A model generated the notes under the pieces. It saw only the letters and a program-made list of their open reading frames with translations, did not search any database and had not been told where the DNA came from. DNA of 64,000 bases from Myxococcaceae bacterium (lineage in GTDB: Bacteria > Myxococcota > Myxococcia > Myxococcales > Myxococcaceae): contig JAXLYB010000002.1 in the NCBI GenBank assembly GCA_046351675.1, positions 1 through 64,000 on the forward strand, in the 5' to 3' direction. Positions 29,201 through 37,098 of the stretch are shown here, piece by piece. Both the position numbers and the translations under genes were made by a program. Numbering within the stretch: position 1 is the first letter of the stretch; each line of letters opens with the position of its first letter.

Positions 29201-30405
29201 TGCAGGAACAGACGGTCTCGCACATCGGAGAGGTGCGCCGGTGGGACCGCAACCCGCGCACCTGGCGCGACGTGCTGCTCGACCTCGCGTCGCTCGCCGC
29301 CGCCTCGCGCCTCGTCGAGCTCGACAGCGCGGCCTTCGACGTCGCCTTCACGCGCGTGGCGAAGTCGCTCGCGGCCCTCCTCCCCGCCGGCAGCCAGGGC
29401 GCGGTGACCTGCGGCGCCGAGCTGACGGTGAACGACCAGTCGGTGGCCGAGGGCGCCGACGCCGCGGTGGTGCGCGCGCTCAAGGCGTTCCAGTCGCGGC
29501 AGGTGCTGAGCTTCACCTTCACCCGGCAGCCGCCGCGCGCCGAGCTCGAGCACCTCGTGCGGTGGCTCGCCGCCGGCCCCAACGCCGAGGGCATCGAGAC
29601 CTCTTCCATCGTGCTGCAGTCGGCGACGGTGTCGCGCTCGCGGCCGGCGCCCGACCCGGTGCGCGTCGCGGCGATGGCCGACTTCTCGCGCGAGGCGATG
29701 ATTCGCTACGTCGACCTCGTGCTGGCGTGGCGCGCGTACTTGAACGAGCGCCGCGCCAACCCGAAGGCCGAGCCGCCCGACACGCGCACCTTCTTCACCG
29801 AGCTGGCGGTGGCCGCGGAGTCGCGCGCGGTGCGCTTCCTCGGGCTCTCGCCGCGCGAGCGCAACCGCGACTCCGAGCTGCTGCACGCGGCGAACACCAT
29901 GATGCTGGCGGTGCTCTTCGGCGCCGAGCTGGGCCTCGTCGAGCAGCAGCTCATCGACCTCGCGTCGGTCGCGTTCTTCACCGACGTCGGCAACTTCGAC
30001 CTGGGCGACGACCTCTTCCAGCGCGCCGGGCGCCTCACCGAGGCCGACCAGCAGGCGGTGGTGGCCGCGCGGAAGGCCTCGGCGCGCTACCCGTTCTTCA
30101 AGCTGGGCGACAAGGCGCAGGCCGCCTCGTGGGCCGCGGTCGTCGCCGAGCAGGACCTCGACTGGGGCGCGAAGGACCGCCCGGGCGGCACCGGCCCGCG
30201 CGCCGCGGTCGGCCTGGTGGGCAGCCTCGTCGCGCTCGCCCGCGCGTTCGAGATGCTCACCACCGCGACCGGCACGCGCGAGGCGATGACGCGCGACCAG
30301 GTCATCGAGGTGCTCTCGACGCGCGTGCCGCACCGCTTCCGCCCCGAGCTGCTGGGGCTGTTCGTGCGCTTCCTCCAGCGGCTGTCGCTGCGCCCCACGC
30401 GCTGA
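26209..30405 (+). CDS. Multidomain Ser/Thr protein kinase: atypical kinase domain, Pro-rich repeat linker and a large C-terminal helical-repeat domain
   Basis: Hanks kinase subdomains: GxGxxAEV, VIKRI, DFG, APE-like. The catalytic loop is HFDVSTDN rather than HRDLKPEN. A 63-bp unit repeated three times encodes GMFAAPPPSQVPTHTPGTAAR. The C-terminal roughly 800 aa form a helical region. Confidence 0.85.
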   Translation: MGSEGEQLGRYTLVRKLATGGMAEVFLAKAQGPGGFEKSLVIKRILPHLAKNPEFVSMFLNEARIAAQFAHPAVVQIFDFGEMAGTYFLAMEFVDGPNLRTILRAIPDRRLPLAVGARVIEEACEGLAYVHEFADPAGKPMGLIHFDVSTDNLLIAKNGAVKVVDFGVAVAGNQSNATQGQVKGKIAYMPPEQIIGEADLRADVYALGVILYELAAGTRPYETKPDQQLLADIIQTDPVPLQQRRPDVPGEYAAIVQKAMAKNLQARFQNCRELAAALEEFVTNSGQRVGTRQLSALAAHTEEVPAAPSKPATSPTPATATPYKAVSPAPISPPRGTPVAGPSSDPFASFGAPLPRASSAPVPPPPSSAPTAPSVAPVTLEVGLPKQKQFDAKANDLFDQFFSDLQETDGGKAAPAPVAAPPAPAPVAPPEPEPAPAEEETGMKVTVGSTGAPMSIEAFNAARAKYFSSSPSNPGTPRPGQGIPMSGLTPGPGKGLTGLTPWPSAVAAAPAPGLTPGPAAKGMFAAEPAHQVPTHTPGTASKGMFAAPPPSQVPTHTPGTAARGMFAAPPPSQVPTHTPGTAARGMFGPPGAPPAPPQPSRSGTAPAFVPPPAAPTPQNAPPEVRAQVLMAEATHMRLYEAGAPLASRAELEAVRTELERDEGVNLFARFPMHAGRLLKVVDEGPVLERVVGAIDGLLMAEAWGALATLLERLRASASIDPLHQRVADIALAQFATADQARRIAYRLREAPPTDAEGLGRLIPFFGHAFAVTWLELFETLDLPASRDAVLPGLAGLAALNAPPFIERLQPKRPRRLTELTYCIEKGRVPERQRVVRELMARLDPLRKREVLAGLARAASEDAFRFVSLALNDDDEATRVHAMQLLGKHFPDRVLATLQPFVEAQTAATRSDAERRAAWAAIGHSSSPAAFDLVSAELSLRAGLLNRGKADLRKVEVLEALAVMKTPQAVELLKRTAQDGSQGPLVTSAADGHVRSAALQEQTVSHIGEVRRWDRNPRTWRDVLLDLASLAAASRLVELDSAAFDVAFTRVAKSLAALLPAGSQGAVTCGAELTVNDQSVAEGADAAVVRALKAFQSRQVLSFTFTRQPPRAELEHLVRWLAAGPNAEGIETSSIVLQSATVSRSRPAPDPVRVAAMADFSREAMIRYVDLVLAWRAYLNERRANPKAEPPDTRTFFTELAVAAESRAVRFLGLSPRERNRDSELLHAANTMMLAVLFGAELGLVEQQLIDLASVAFFTDVGNFDLGDDLFQRAGRLTEADQQAVVAARKASARYPFFKLGDKAQAASWAAVVAEQDLDWGAKDRPGGTGPRAAVGLVGSLVALARAFEMLTTATGTREAMTRDQVIEVLSTRVPHRFRPELLGLFVRFLQRLSLRPTR
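27769..27975 (+). repeat. 63-bp coding tandem repeat, about 3.3 copies
   Basis: aagggcatgttcgccgcgccgccgcccagccaggtgccgacgcacaccccgggcaccgc... repeated. It encodes GMFAAPPPSQVPTHTPGTAAR in the kinase linker. Confidence 0.8.
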
Positions 30406-30464
30406 GCTCGGCCGGGCAGGTGGGGAAGTCGCGCCCCGGCCCCCGTTGACTAAGCTTTTTCGCC

Positions 30465-32099
30465 GTGACCGCAGTGGGCGAGACGGTCGAACGCGCGATC
30501 GTCTTCGAAGACGCGTACGGCTACCGGCGAGTGAGCGCAGCGCGCTGCGTCGACATCTGGCTGTCGGCCTTCGACGAGTCGCTGCTGCAGGTCGACCTGG
30601 GGCTGCGCGAGAGCGGCCCGGTGCTCTACGTCATCCTGCGCTTCCGCGAAGACCGCTTCACCGACGGCACGCACGCCGCGGTGGTGAACGCCGGTGAGCA
30701 CGCGGGCGGCGCGGTGGTGGCGCTCAGCGACCTCGAGTACCGCGAGCGCGGCCACTTCATGTCGCGCTTCGCGGAGTGCGGCACCCAGCGGCTGGGGCTG
30801 CAGCCCGACGCGGTGCTCAAGGCGCTCGACGAGGTCTTCACCGTGGTGCCCGAGCGGCGCGCCGAGGTGCGCACGCCCATCGACGCGCCCGCGGTGGTGA
30901 AGGTCGAGGGCAAGCGCGTCTCGGGAGCGGTGGCCAACCTGTCGGCCGGGGGCGCGCTGATTCGCACGCTGACGCCGCCGCCCGTGCTGCACGCCAAGGT
31001 CGAGGTCGAGGTGAAGCTGCCCAGCGGCAACGTCACCGCGCCGGCCACGGTGGTGAACGTCGGCGACCAGGGCGTGTCGGTGCAGTTCTCCCCGGGGCCG
31101 CTGCCCGAGGTGAAGGAAAAGCTCGCCGCGCTGCCCACCACGCCGCTCGACACGAAGCTCACGGCGGCCGCGTTGACCGCCCCTCCCACGGGCGGCGCGA
31201 GCACCGAGCGCGTCGGGCCCTACGAGGTGCTCTCGCTGCTCGGCTCGGGGGGCACCAGCGCGGTGCACTTCGCGCGCGCGGTCGAAGGGCCGCTGGCCGG
31301 GCAGCAGGTGGCGCTCAAGCGGCTGCACAAGCGCCGGTCGCAAGACGCCGCGGCGGTGCGCGACTTCGAGCTCGAGGGCCGCACGCTGGCGCTCATCAAG
31401 AACGCCAACGTGGTGAAGGTGCTCGACGCGGGCGTGTACGACGACCAGCACTGCCTGGTGATGGAGCTGGTCGAGGGCCGCGACCTGGGCCAGGTGTTGC
31501 GCCGCGCGCGCGCGAAGAAGCACCTCTTGCCCATGGGGCTGGCGTGCTGGGCGACGCGCGTGCTGCTCGAGGCGCTGAGCGCGGTGCATTCCGCGAAGGA
31601 CGCGAGCGGCGCGGCGCTGCAGCTGGTGCACGGCGACGTCTCGCCGCACAACCTCTTCATGTCGAAGACGGGCGTCATCAAGCTCGGTGACTTCGGGCTG
31701 ACGCGCGGCGCGGGACAGGTGACGCGCTCGGTGAACGAGGGCCGCCCCACGTACCTCGGCCCCGAGGGGCTCGACGGCCAGGTGACGCAGTCGCTCGACC
31801 TGTGGGCCGCGGGCGTCACGCTCTACGAGCTGTTGACCAACGAGCAGCCCTTCAAGGCCAACTCGCTCGACGAGCTGGTGGAAGCGATTCGCACGCAGGA
31901 CCCGGTCGACCTGCGCGAGCGGCGCGACGAGTGCTCGGGCCCGCTGGAGGCCATCGTGCGCCGCGCGCTCGAGAAGGACCCTGCGCAGCGCTACGCGACG
32001 GCGAAGGACTTCGCGTCGTCGCTGAGTCCGTTCGTCGACGCGGTGCGCACGCTGCGCGAGGTGCCGAAGCTGCTCGAGCAGCTCTTCGGCAACACCTGA
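30465..32099 (+). CDS. PilZ domain - Ser/Thr kinase fusion protein (atypical catalytic loop)
   Basis: PilZ c-di-GMP motifs: RAEVR and NLSAGG. Kinase motifs: LGSGGTSAVHFA, VALKRL, DFG. The catalytic loop is HGDVSPHN. GTG start. Tandem with the upstream kinase. Confidence 0.8.
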   Translation: MTAVGETVERAIVFEDAYGYRRVSAARCVDIWLSAFDESLLQVDLGLRESGPVLYVILRFREDRFTDGTHAAVVNAGEHAGGAVVALSDLEYRERGHFMSRFAECGTQRLGLQPDAVLKALDEVFTVVPERRAEVRTPIDAPAVVKVEGKRVSGAVANLSAGGALIRTLTPPPVLHAKVEVEVKLPSGNVTAPATVVNVGDQGVSVQFSPGPLPEVKEKLAALPTTPLDTKLTAAALTAPPTGGASTERVGPYEVLSLLGSGGTSAVHFARAVEGPLAGQQVALKRLHKRRSQDAAAVRDFELEGRTLALIKNANVVKVLDAGVYDDQHCLVMELVEGRDLGQVLRRARAKKHLLPMGLACWATRVLLEALSAVHSAKDASGAALQLVHGDVSPHNLFMSKTGVIKLGDFGLTRGAGQVTRSVNEGRPTYLGPEGLDGQVTQSLDLWAAGVTLYELLTNEQPFKANSLDELVEAIRTQDPVDLRERRDECSGPLEAIVRRALEKDPAQRYATAKDFASSLSPFVDAVRTLREVPKLLEQLFGNT

Positions 32100-32210
32100 G
32101 CGCGTCGGTTCGCCCCGCTGTGCAAACTGGTCAGGCTGATCTGACGTGCGTGCGATGTGCGCGCACAGGCGACAGCTGATCAGACGCGCAGAACTCCTGT
32201 GCTGGACAGG

Positions 32211-32225
32211 GGGCACGAATCTTGG
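32211..32225 (+). promoter_or_regulatory. Sigma-54-like -24/-12 candidate (GGGCACGAATCTTGG)
   Basis: Good match to TGGCACG-N4-TTGC except that GC is replaced by GG at -12. It lies 19-33 bp upstream of the lipoprotein ATG at 32244, so the leader would be very short. Confidence 0.2.
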
Positions 32226-32243
32226 ACACTGCGGCCACTCCCC

Positions 32244-35243
32244 ATGCGCCTCCTCCGCCCCTCTCATGCCCTTGGTGTGTGCTTCCTCGCTTTCACCCTC
32301 TCGAGCTGCGCCTGCGACACCGTCGGCGTCGGCAATGACGAAGACGGCGGCGCGGGTGGTGGCGCGGCGACGGGCGGTGGCGCGACGGGCGGTGGCGCGA
32401 CGGGCGGCGGCGCGACGGGTGGCGGCTCAGCGACGGGTGGCGGCTCGGCGACGGGCGGCGGCTCGGCGACCGGTGGCGGCTCAGCGACGGGCGGCGGCTC
32501 GGCGACCGGAGGCGGTGACCCGATGGGTGGTGGCTCCGCGACAGGCGGTGGCTCCGCGACGGGTGGTGGCTCCGCGACGGGCGGTGGCTCCGCGACGGGC
32601 GGCGGCTCCGCGACGGGCGGTGGCTCCGCGACGGGCGGTGGCTCCGCGACGGGCGGTGGCTCCGCGACGGGCGGCGGCTCCGCGACGGGCGGTGGCTCCG
32701 CGACGGGCGGCGGCTCGGCGACCGGCGGCGGCGGCGCGTGCACTTCGGACCCTGGCTGCACCGCGGCCAACCAGCAGGCGTGTGACCCGAACGGTACCAA
32801 CGCGCACGGCACCTGCATCGACGTGGGCGGCGGCTGCTTGAAGGTGATGTCACTGATGGCGTGCGCCATCGGCCAGACGTGCTCGGGTGGAACCTGTGCG
32901 TGTCCCGCCGTCGCGGCGATGCCGGTCAGCGGCGGCGGCTGCATGATGCCCGGGGTGACGGCGTGCGAGACCGGCAACACGCAGATGCTGCTCACCTGCG
33001 CGCCGGTGGGGAGCTGCAACGTCTGGCAGCAGACCCGCGCCTGTCCGACGATGAGCCTGGTGTGCGGCACGACCGGCGGCCCCGCGGCGTGCCAGTGCCC
33101 GGCGAACACCGGCACCGCGTTCTACGCCGACCCCGTCAACGGCTCGCCCGGCGGCGCTTCGCCGTACCCCACCGGCGTCAACACGCCCGCGCAGTGCCGC
33201 TTCAAGACGCTGACCGCGGCGTTGACGGCGGCGTCGGCCGCGGCGGCGACGTCGAGCGCGTCGGCGGTGGCGACCGGCTTCACCGGTGCCCAGCCCATCA
33301 CCTTCTCGGCCGAGACCTTCCCGCTGGTGGTCAACCCGCGCGTGACGCTCACCACCAGTGACACCACGCCGACCCCGGCGAACTACGTCATCTCGTTCAA
33401 CGACACCACGCCCAACCGCAGCGCCATCGTGCTGCACGAGAACGGCACGGTGAACGGCGTGACGGTGCAGAACGCCAACGCGCCGGCGAGCTCGACCGGC
33501 ATCTCCACGGCGTGCCCGGCGGCGGGCGGCACGAGCTCCGTCACCAACACGGTGGTCATCGGACAGACTGCCGGCCCCAACCTCGCGGCGGGCCTCGCGC
33601 TGACGTCGAACTGCGGCGTGAGCGTCGACAACTCCACCTTCCGCGCGGCGACCAACGGCGTGCGGCTCGCGGCGACGGCCAACGCCACGCCGCTCACCCT
33701 CGCCAACAGCCTCGTCGAGCAGAGCAGCGGAGTCGGCGTGCTGGTGACGCGCGGCGCCGCGACGGTGACCAACACCCGCGTGCGCAACTGCGGGGGCCAC
33801 GGCATCAGCTTCCAGTCGGGCAACGCGGTGACCGGGAGTCTCTCGGTCACGGGCGGCCTCGTGGAAAGCAACCAGCAGAACGGCATCGACGTCACGGCCA
33901 TCAACGGCAACACGGTCAGCCTCAGCGGCACCGAGGTGCGCACCAACGGCGCGACGAGCGGCGGGCTGATGAACTTCAGCGGCATCAACGTGAGCGGCAA
34001 CCTCACGGTGCCCGTCGCCAACGTGAACGTGCACGAGAATGCGCTCCACGGGATGTCGGTGTCGGCGTTCGCTACCGTGAACGTCACCGGCACCTCGCAC
34101 TTCGACGGCAACGCGACGGCCTCGACGAACGGCGTCGGCATCGTGGTGAGCGCCACCGCGCTGCTCAACGTCGCGCCCGGCACCACGGTGAACGGCAACC
34201 AGGGCGTGGGGCTGCGCGTCGGAGGTGGAGCGCAAGCGACCGTGACTGGCATCACCATCGCCCGCAACGGTACGGGCTTCATGGCGGCCGCCGGGCGCGG
34301 CGCGCTCGAGGTCGAGAACGGCACCGCGACGGTGATCAGCAACGGCACCGGGCTGAGCGCCGTGCAGAACAACGCGTGGCACGGCATCCGCGTGTTCGGC
34401 GGCACGCTCACCCTGCAGGGCGGGTCGGGGCAGCCGGTGGACGTCTCGGCCAACGGGCTCAACGGCCTGCTCAGCGACGCGGCGACCGTCACCTCGACGT
34501 TCGCTCAGTTCCGCAACAACGGGACGCACGGCGTGGAGCTGAACAACCAGGGCCCGCTGGGCGTGGGCCAGCCGATGAGCTTCACCTCGAACACCTTCGC
34601 GACGAACGTGGGCGCTGGCCTGCACGTCAACGCGTCGGGTGGTCAGGCCGTGACGGGCGCCAACTCGCTCGTGGTGAGCGGCAACACCTTCAGCGACAAC
34701 CTCCACGGGCTCAACGTCGCCGCCAGCACCGGTGACGTGCGCGCCCTGTTCCAGAACAACACCGTGACCGGGTCGCGCGACATCGGCGTGATCGTCAACG
34801 GCACGGCGACCTCGGTGCACGCGTGGTCGGGCAACACCATCACCAAGAACCTCGCGACCACCCTGTTCTCGGGCCAGGGCGTCGGCGGCATGGTGTTCCG
34901 CGGAACGCCGCCAGCCAACTTCGCCTTCACCGGCAACCGCGTGTACAACAACGCGTTCAACCAGTTGGTCGCCGTCGGCGGCGGTGCTCCCGCGACGTGG
35001 CTCTTCAACGGCACCAGCGCCGCGTCGTGCAACCCGAACACCGCCAACAGCTTCACCTGCTACGGCACCACCCCGGGGTCGGTGGGCGTGATGGCGCTCG
35101 GCGCGAGCGTCACCGTGCAGGCGCATGGCAACGCCTGGCAGAACGCCGCGCCCGCCGCGGGCGTGGACTATCTCGGCGCTGCTGGCGGCACGGTCACCAC
35201 GCCGGTGGCGGTGTGCGCGGCGAGCACGCTCGTGTGCATGTGA
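32244..35243 (+). CDS. Large lipoprotein with GGSATG hexapeptide repeat linker, Cys-rich module and parallel beta-helix (pectate-lyase-like) repeats
   Basis: Lipobox (FTLSSC). About 21 copies of an 18-bp repeat. Repetitive N/G/T/V-rich ~22-residue periodicity typical of right-handed beta-helix. Antisense ORFs 32264..33115 and 32850..35126 are rejected. Confidence 0.75.
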   Translation: MRLLRPSHALGVCFLAFTLSSCACDTVGVGNDEDGGAGGGAATGGGATGGGATGGGATGGGSATGGGSATGGGSATGGGSATGGGSATGGGDPMGGGSATGGGSATGGGSATGGGSATGGGSATGGGSATGGGSATGGGSATGGGSATGGGSATGGGSATGGGGACTSDPGCTAANQQACDPNGTNAHGTCIDVGGGCLKVMSLMACAIGQTCSGGTCACPAVAAMPVSGGGCMMPGVTACETGNTQMLLTCAPVGSCNVWQQTRACPTMSLVCGTTGGPAACQCPANTGTAFYADPVNGSPGGASPYPTGVNTPAQCRFKTLTAALTAASAAAATSSASAVATGFTGAQPITFSAETFPLVVNPRVTLTTSDTTPTPANYVISFNDTTPNRSAIVLHENGTVNGVTVQNANAPASSTGISTACPAAGGTSSVTNTVVIGQTAGPNLAAGLALTSNCGVSVDNSTFRAATNGVRLAATANATPLTLANSLVEQSSGVGVLVTRGAATVTNTRVRNCGGHGISFQSGNAVTGSLSVTGGLVESNQQNGIDVTAINGNTVSLSGTEVRTNGATSGGLMNFSGINVSGNLTVPVANVNVHENALHGMSVSAFATVNVTGTSHFDGNATASTNGVGIVVSATALLNVAPGTTVNGNQGVGLRVGGGAQATVTGITIARNGTGFMAAAGRGALEVENGTATVISNGTGLSAVQNNAWHGIRVFGGTLTLQGGSGQPVDVSANGLNGLLSDAATVTSTFAQFRNNGTHGVELNNQGPLGVGQPMSFTSNTFATNVGAGLHVNASGGQAVTGANSLVVSGNTFSDNLHGLNVAASTGDVRALFQNNTVTGSRDIGVIVNGTATSVHAWSGNTITKNLATTLFSGQGVGGMVFRGTPPANFAFTGNRVYNNAFNQLVAVGGGAPATWLFNGTSAASCNPNTANSFTCYGTTPGSVGVMALGASVTVQAHGNAWQNAAPAAGVDYLGAAGGTVTTPVAVCAASTLVCM
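32355..32735 (+). repeat. 18-bp coding tandem repeat (ggctccgcgacgggcggt, GGSATG), about 21 copies
   Basis: Direct reading of the sequence. Near-perfect units with occasional ggctcg/ggctca variants. Confidence 0.85.
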
Positions 35244-35246
35244 GCC

Positions 35247-36326
35247 TCACTCTCCGTCGAAGCAGACCTCGACGGAGTTCACGATGAGCGAGGGCGACGA
35301 AGCCGACGGGCTGATGCGGAGCAGCACGCCGGCGTTGCCCGGGCGGAAGGCGCTCGTCGCGTCGGCCGGGTACCAGGCGTAGGGCGCGCTGTTCGACACG
35401 AAGTTGGACGGTGTGGCGCCCGAGCCGTCGAAGGTCATCCACGCGAACGCGCCGCTCGAGGTGGTGTTGAAGCTGCGCCCCTTGATGGAGAGCGTGACGG
35501 AGCGGAGCGTGGTCAGCCCCGCGGTGCTCAGCTCGACGTCGATGAAGTTGGTGCTGCCGAGCTCGAGCCCGCCCACGCCGAGGAAGGTGTCGGTGAAGAC
35601 CGGCGTGTAGCCAATGCTGCCGCGGCTGAAGGCGCCTGCTCTCCAGCGGGAATGATCAGGCAGGTTGTTCACGTCGTAGGTGACGTAGGCGGTCGAGTTG
35701 GGGCCGTTGCCCGACCAGTGGAAGCGCGCGACGTAGTGGCCGCTCACGCCGGTCGCGGTGCAGCCGCCGGGGTACGGAGAGCCCGCGTCGATGGGGCCGG
35801 CGTCGGGGGACATTCCCGCGTCCAGTGAGCCAGCGTCGGTCACCGAGCCAGCGTCATTCACTGAGCCGGCGTCGGTCACCGAGCCAGCGTCATTCACGGA
35901 GCCGGCGTCACTCACCGAGCCGGCGTCGGTCACCGAGCCAGCGTCACTCACCGAGCCAGCGTCACTCACCGAGCCGGCGTCACTCACGGAGCCAGCGTCA
36001 CTCACGGAGCCAGCGTCACTCACGGAGCCGGCGTCACTCACCGAGCCGGCGTCATTCACCGAGCCAGCGTCACTCACCGAGCCGGCGTCACTCACCGAGC
36101 CAGCGTCACTCACCGAGCCAGCGTCACTCACCGAGCCACCGTCGCCCGCCGGTCCTGCATCGAGGGACGAGCCGGCATCGTTCCCCGCGTCAGCCCCTCC
36201 GCCGCCACCGAGCCCGGCGTCGAGAAACGGGAAGCCGGTCCCCGCGTCGTCGTCTTCCGCCGGCAACCCGCACGCGGCCACGAGCCCGAACGACAAGAGA
36301 AGGAGCGCGCGTCGCATCGGCTGCAT
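35247..36326 (-). CDS. Lipoprotein with (DAGSVS)n hexapeptide repeat linker
   Basis: Signal/lipobox MQPMRRALLLLSFGLVAACG. About 18 copies of an 18-bp repeat. C-terminal globular domain. Convergent with the beta-helix lipoprotein gene, 4 bp apart. Confidence 0.7.
   Translation of the reverse strand: MQPMRRALLLLSFGLVAACGLPAEDDDAGTGFPFLDAGLGGGGGADAGNDAGSSLDAGPAGDGGSVSDAGSVSDAGSVSDAGSVSDAGSVNDAGSVSDAGSVSDAGSVSDAGSVSDAGSVSDAGSVSDAGSVTDAGSVSDAGSVNDAGSVTDAGSVNDAGSVTDAGSLDAGMSPDAGPIDAGSPYPGGCTATGVSGHYVARFHWSGNGPNSTAYVTYDVNNLPDHSRWRAGAFSRGSIGYTPVFTDTFLGVGGLELGSTNFIDVELSTAGLTTLRSVTLSIKGRSFNTTSSGAFAWMTFDGSGATPSNFVSNSAPYAWYPADATSAFRPGNAGVLLRISPSASSPSLIVNSVEVCFDGE
35822..36140 (-). repeat. 18-bp coding tandem repeat encoding DAGSV(S/T/N), about 18 copies
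   Basis: Plus-strand units gagccagcgtcactcacc / gagccggcgtcggtcacc. Confidence 0.85.
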
Positions 36327-36370
36327 GACCCCGCAGCGCGGCGCCGAGTGCACGAAACCGAAGCGCCTGC

Positions 36371-37033
36371 TCACGGCGAACAGAGCGACCGGTCGACGCC
36401 GAAGCCGACGTACAGGCACCGCGGCAGCGACGGCGGGCACTCCGCGGCGACGTCACAGAGCGCCGAGCACTTCTTCGGACCGCTCGAGGGCTCGATGCAC
36501 AGCGCGCTCAGGCAGTCTGCTTCGCCGGTGCAGGGGTCTCCCGCCAGCCCGGCCCCGCGCGCGCCCGGCACGCAGAAGACGTTCGCGCCGGTGGCGTCGA
36601 GCGAGTGACAGAAGAAGCCCGGCCCGCAGTCATCAGACGAGAAGCACGGGCAGTCGGCCTGCGCCGCGCACGCCCCGCCGTCCCAGAAGCGGTTGAGCGA
36701 GCCGCCGTCGGGCCACGTGGTGCGCGTCGTGCCAGCGTCGAAGCCCGCGTCGGCACCTCCTCCTCCTCCGCCACCCGCACCGCCGCCGGCCCCGCCGCCA
36801 GCGCCACCGCCGGGCCCGCCGCCGTCGATGTGGCCGACACAGCGCCGGTTGCTGCAAAGGTCGAACGTCGCCGAACACGAGACGCACGCCTGGCCGCCGC
36901 TCCCACACGCGGTCTGCTCGGTGCCCGCGACGCAGGCGCCCGTCGCGTCGAGGCAGCCGTCACACTTCGGCGACGGACACGCCGTCAGGGCCGCCGCCAC
37001 CACCCCCATCATCAGCACTCGCGTCACGCTCAC
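36371..37033 (-). CDS. Secreted Cys-rich repeat lipoprotein (myxobacterial Cys-rich repeat type)
   Basis: Lipobox LTAC. Repeated CxxC/CxxxxC modules and a poly-Gly tract. First gene of a two-gene operon on the minus strand. Confidence 0.65.
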   Translation of the reverse strand: MSVTRVLMMGVVAAALTACPSPKCDGCLDATGACVAGTEQTACGSGGQACVSCSATFDLCSNRRCVGHIDGGGPGGGAGGGAGGGAGGGGGGGADAGFDAGTTRTTWPDGGSLNRFWDGGACAAQADCPCFSSDDCGPGFFCHSLDATGANVFCVPGARGAGLAGDPCTGEADCLSALCIEPSSGPKKCSALCDVAAECPPSLPRCLYVGFGVDRSLCSP

Positions 37034-37098
37034 TTCATGACACGACCCGCGTTCTGAAGTCGCCAGCGGACGACGCGCGTGGAAAAACCTCCTTCCTG

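Noticed and set aside
26191-32267. Minus-strand ORF of 1380 aa (26191..30333), plus-strand ORF of 1290 aa (26577..30449) and minus-strand ORF of 605 aa (30450..32267)
   Set aside because: They are out-of-frame or antisense shadows of the two kinase genes, and their Arg-rich composition is typical of wrong-frame high-GC ORFs.
32264-35126. Minus-strand ORFs of 283 and 758 aa, and various Arg-rich plus-strand ORFs, within the beta-helix lipoprotein gene
   Set aside because: The Pro/Val/Ala-rich product is the antisense reading of the GGSATG repeats, with no independent support.
32355-36140. The 18-bp tandem arrays considered as possible CRISPR arrays
   Set aside because: There are no spacers. 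The units are contiguous, in-frame coding repeats inside ORFs, and no cas genes are present.
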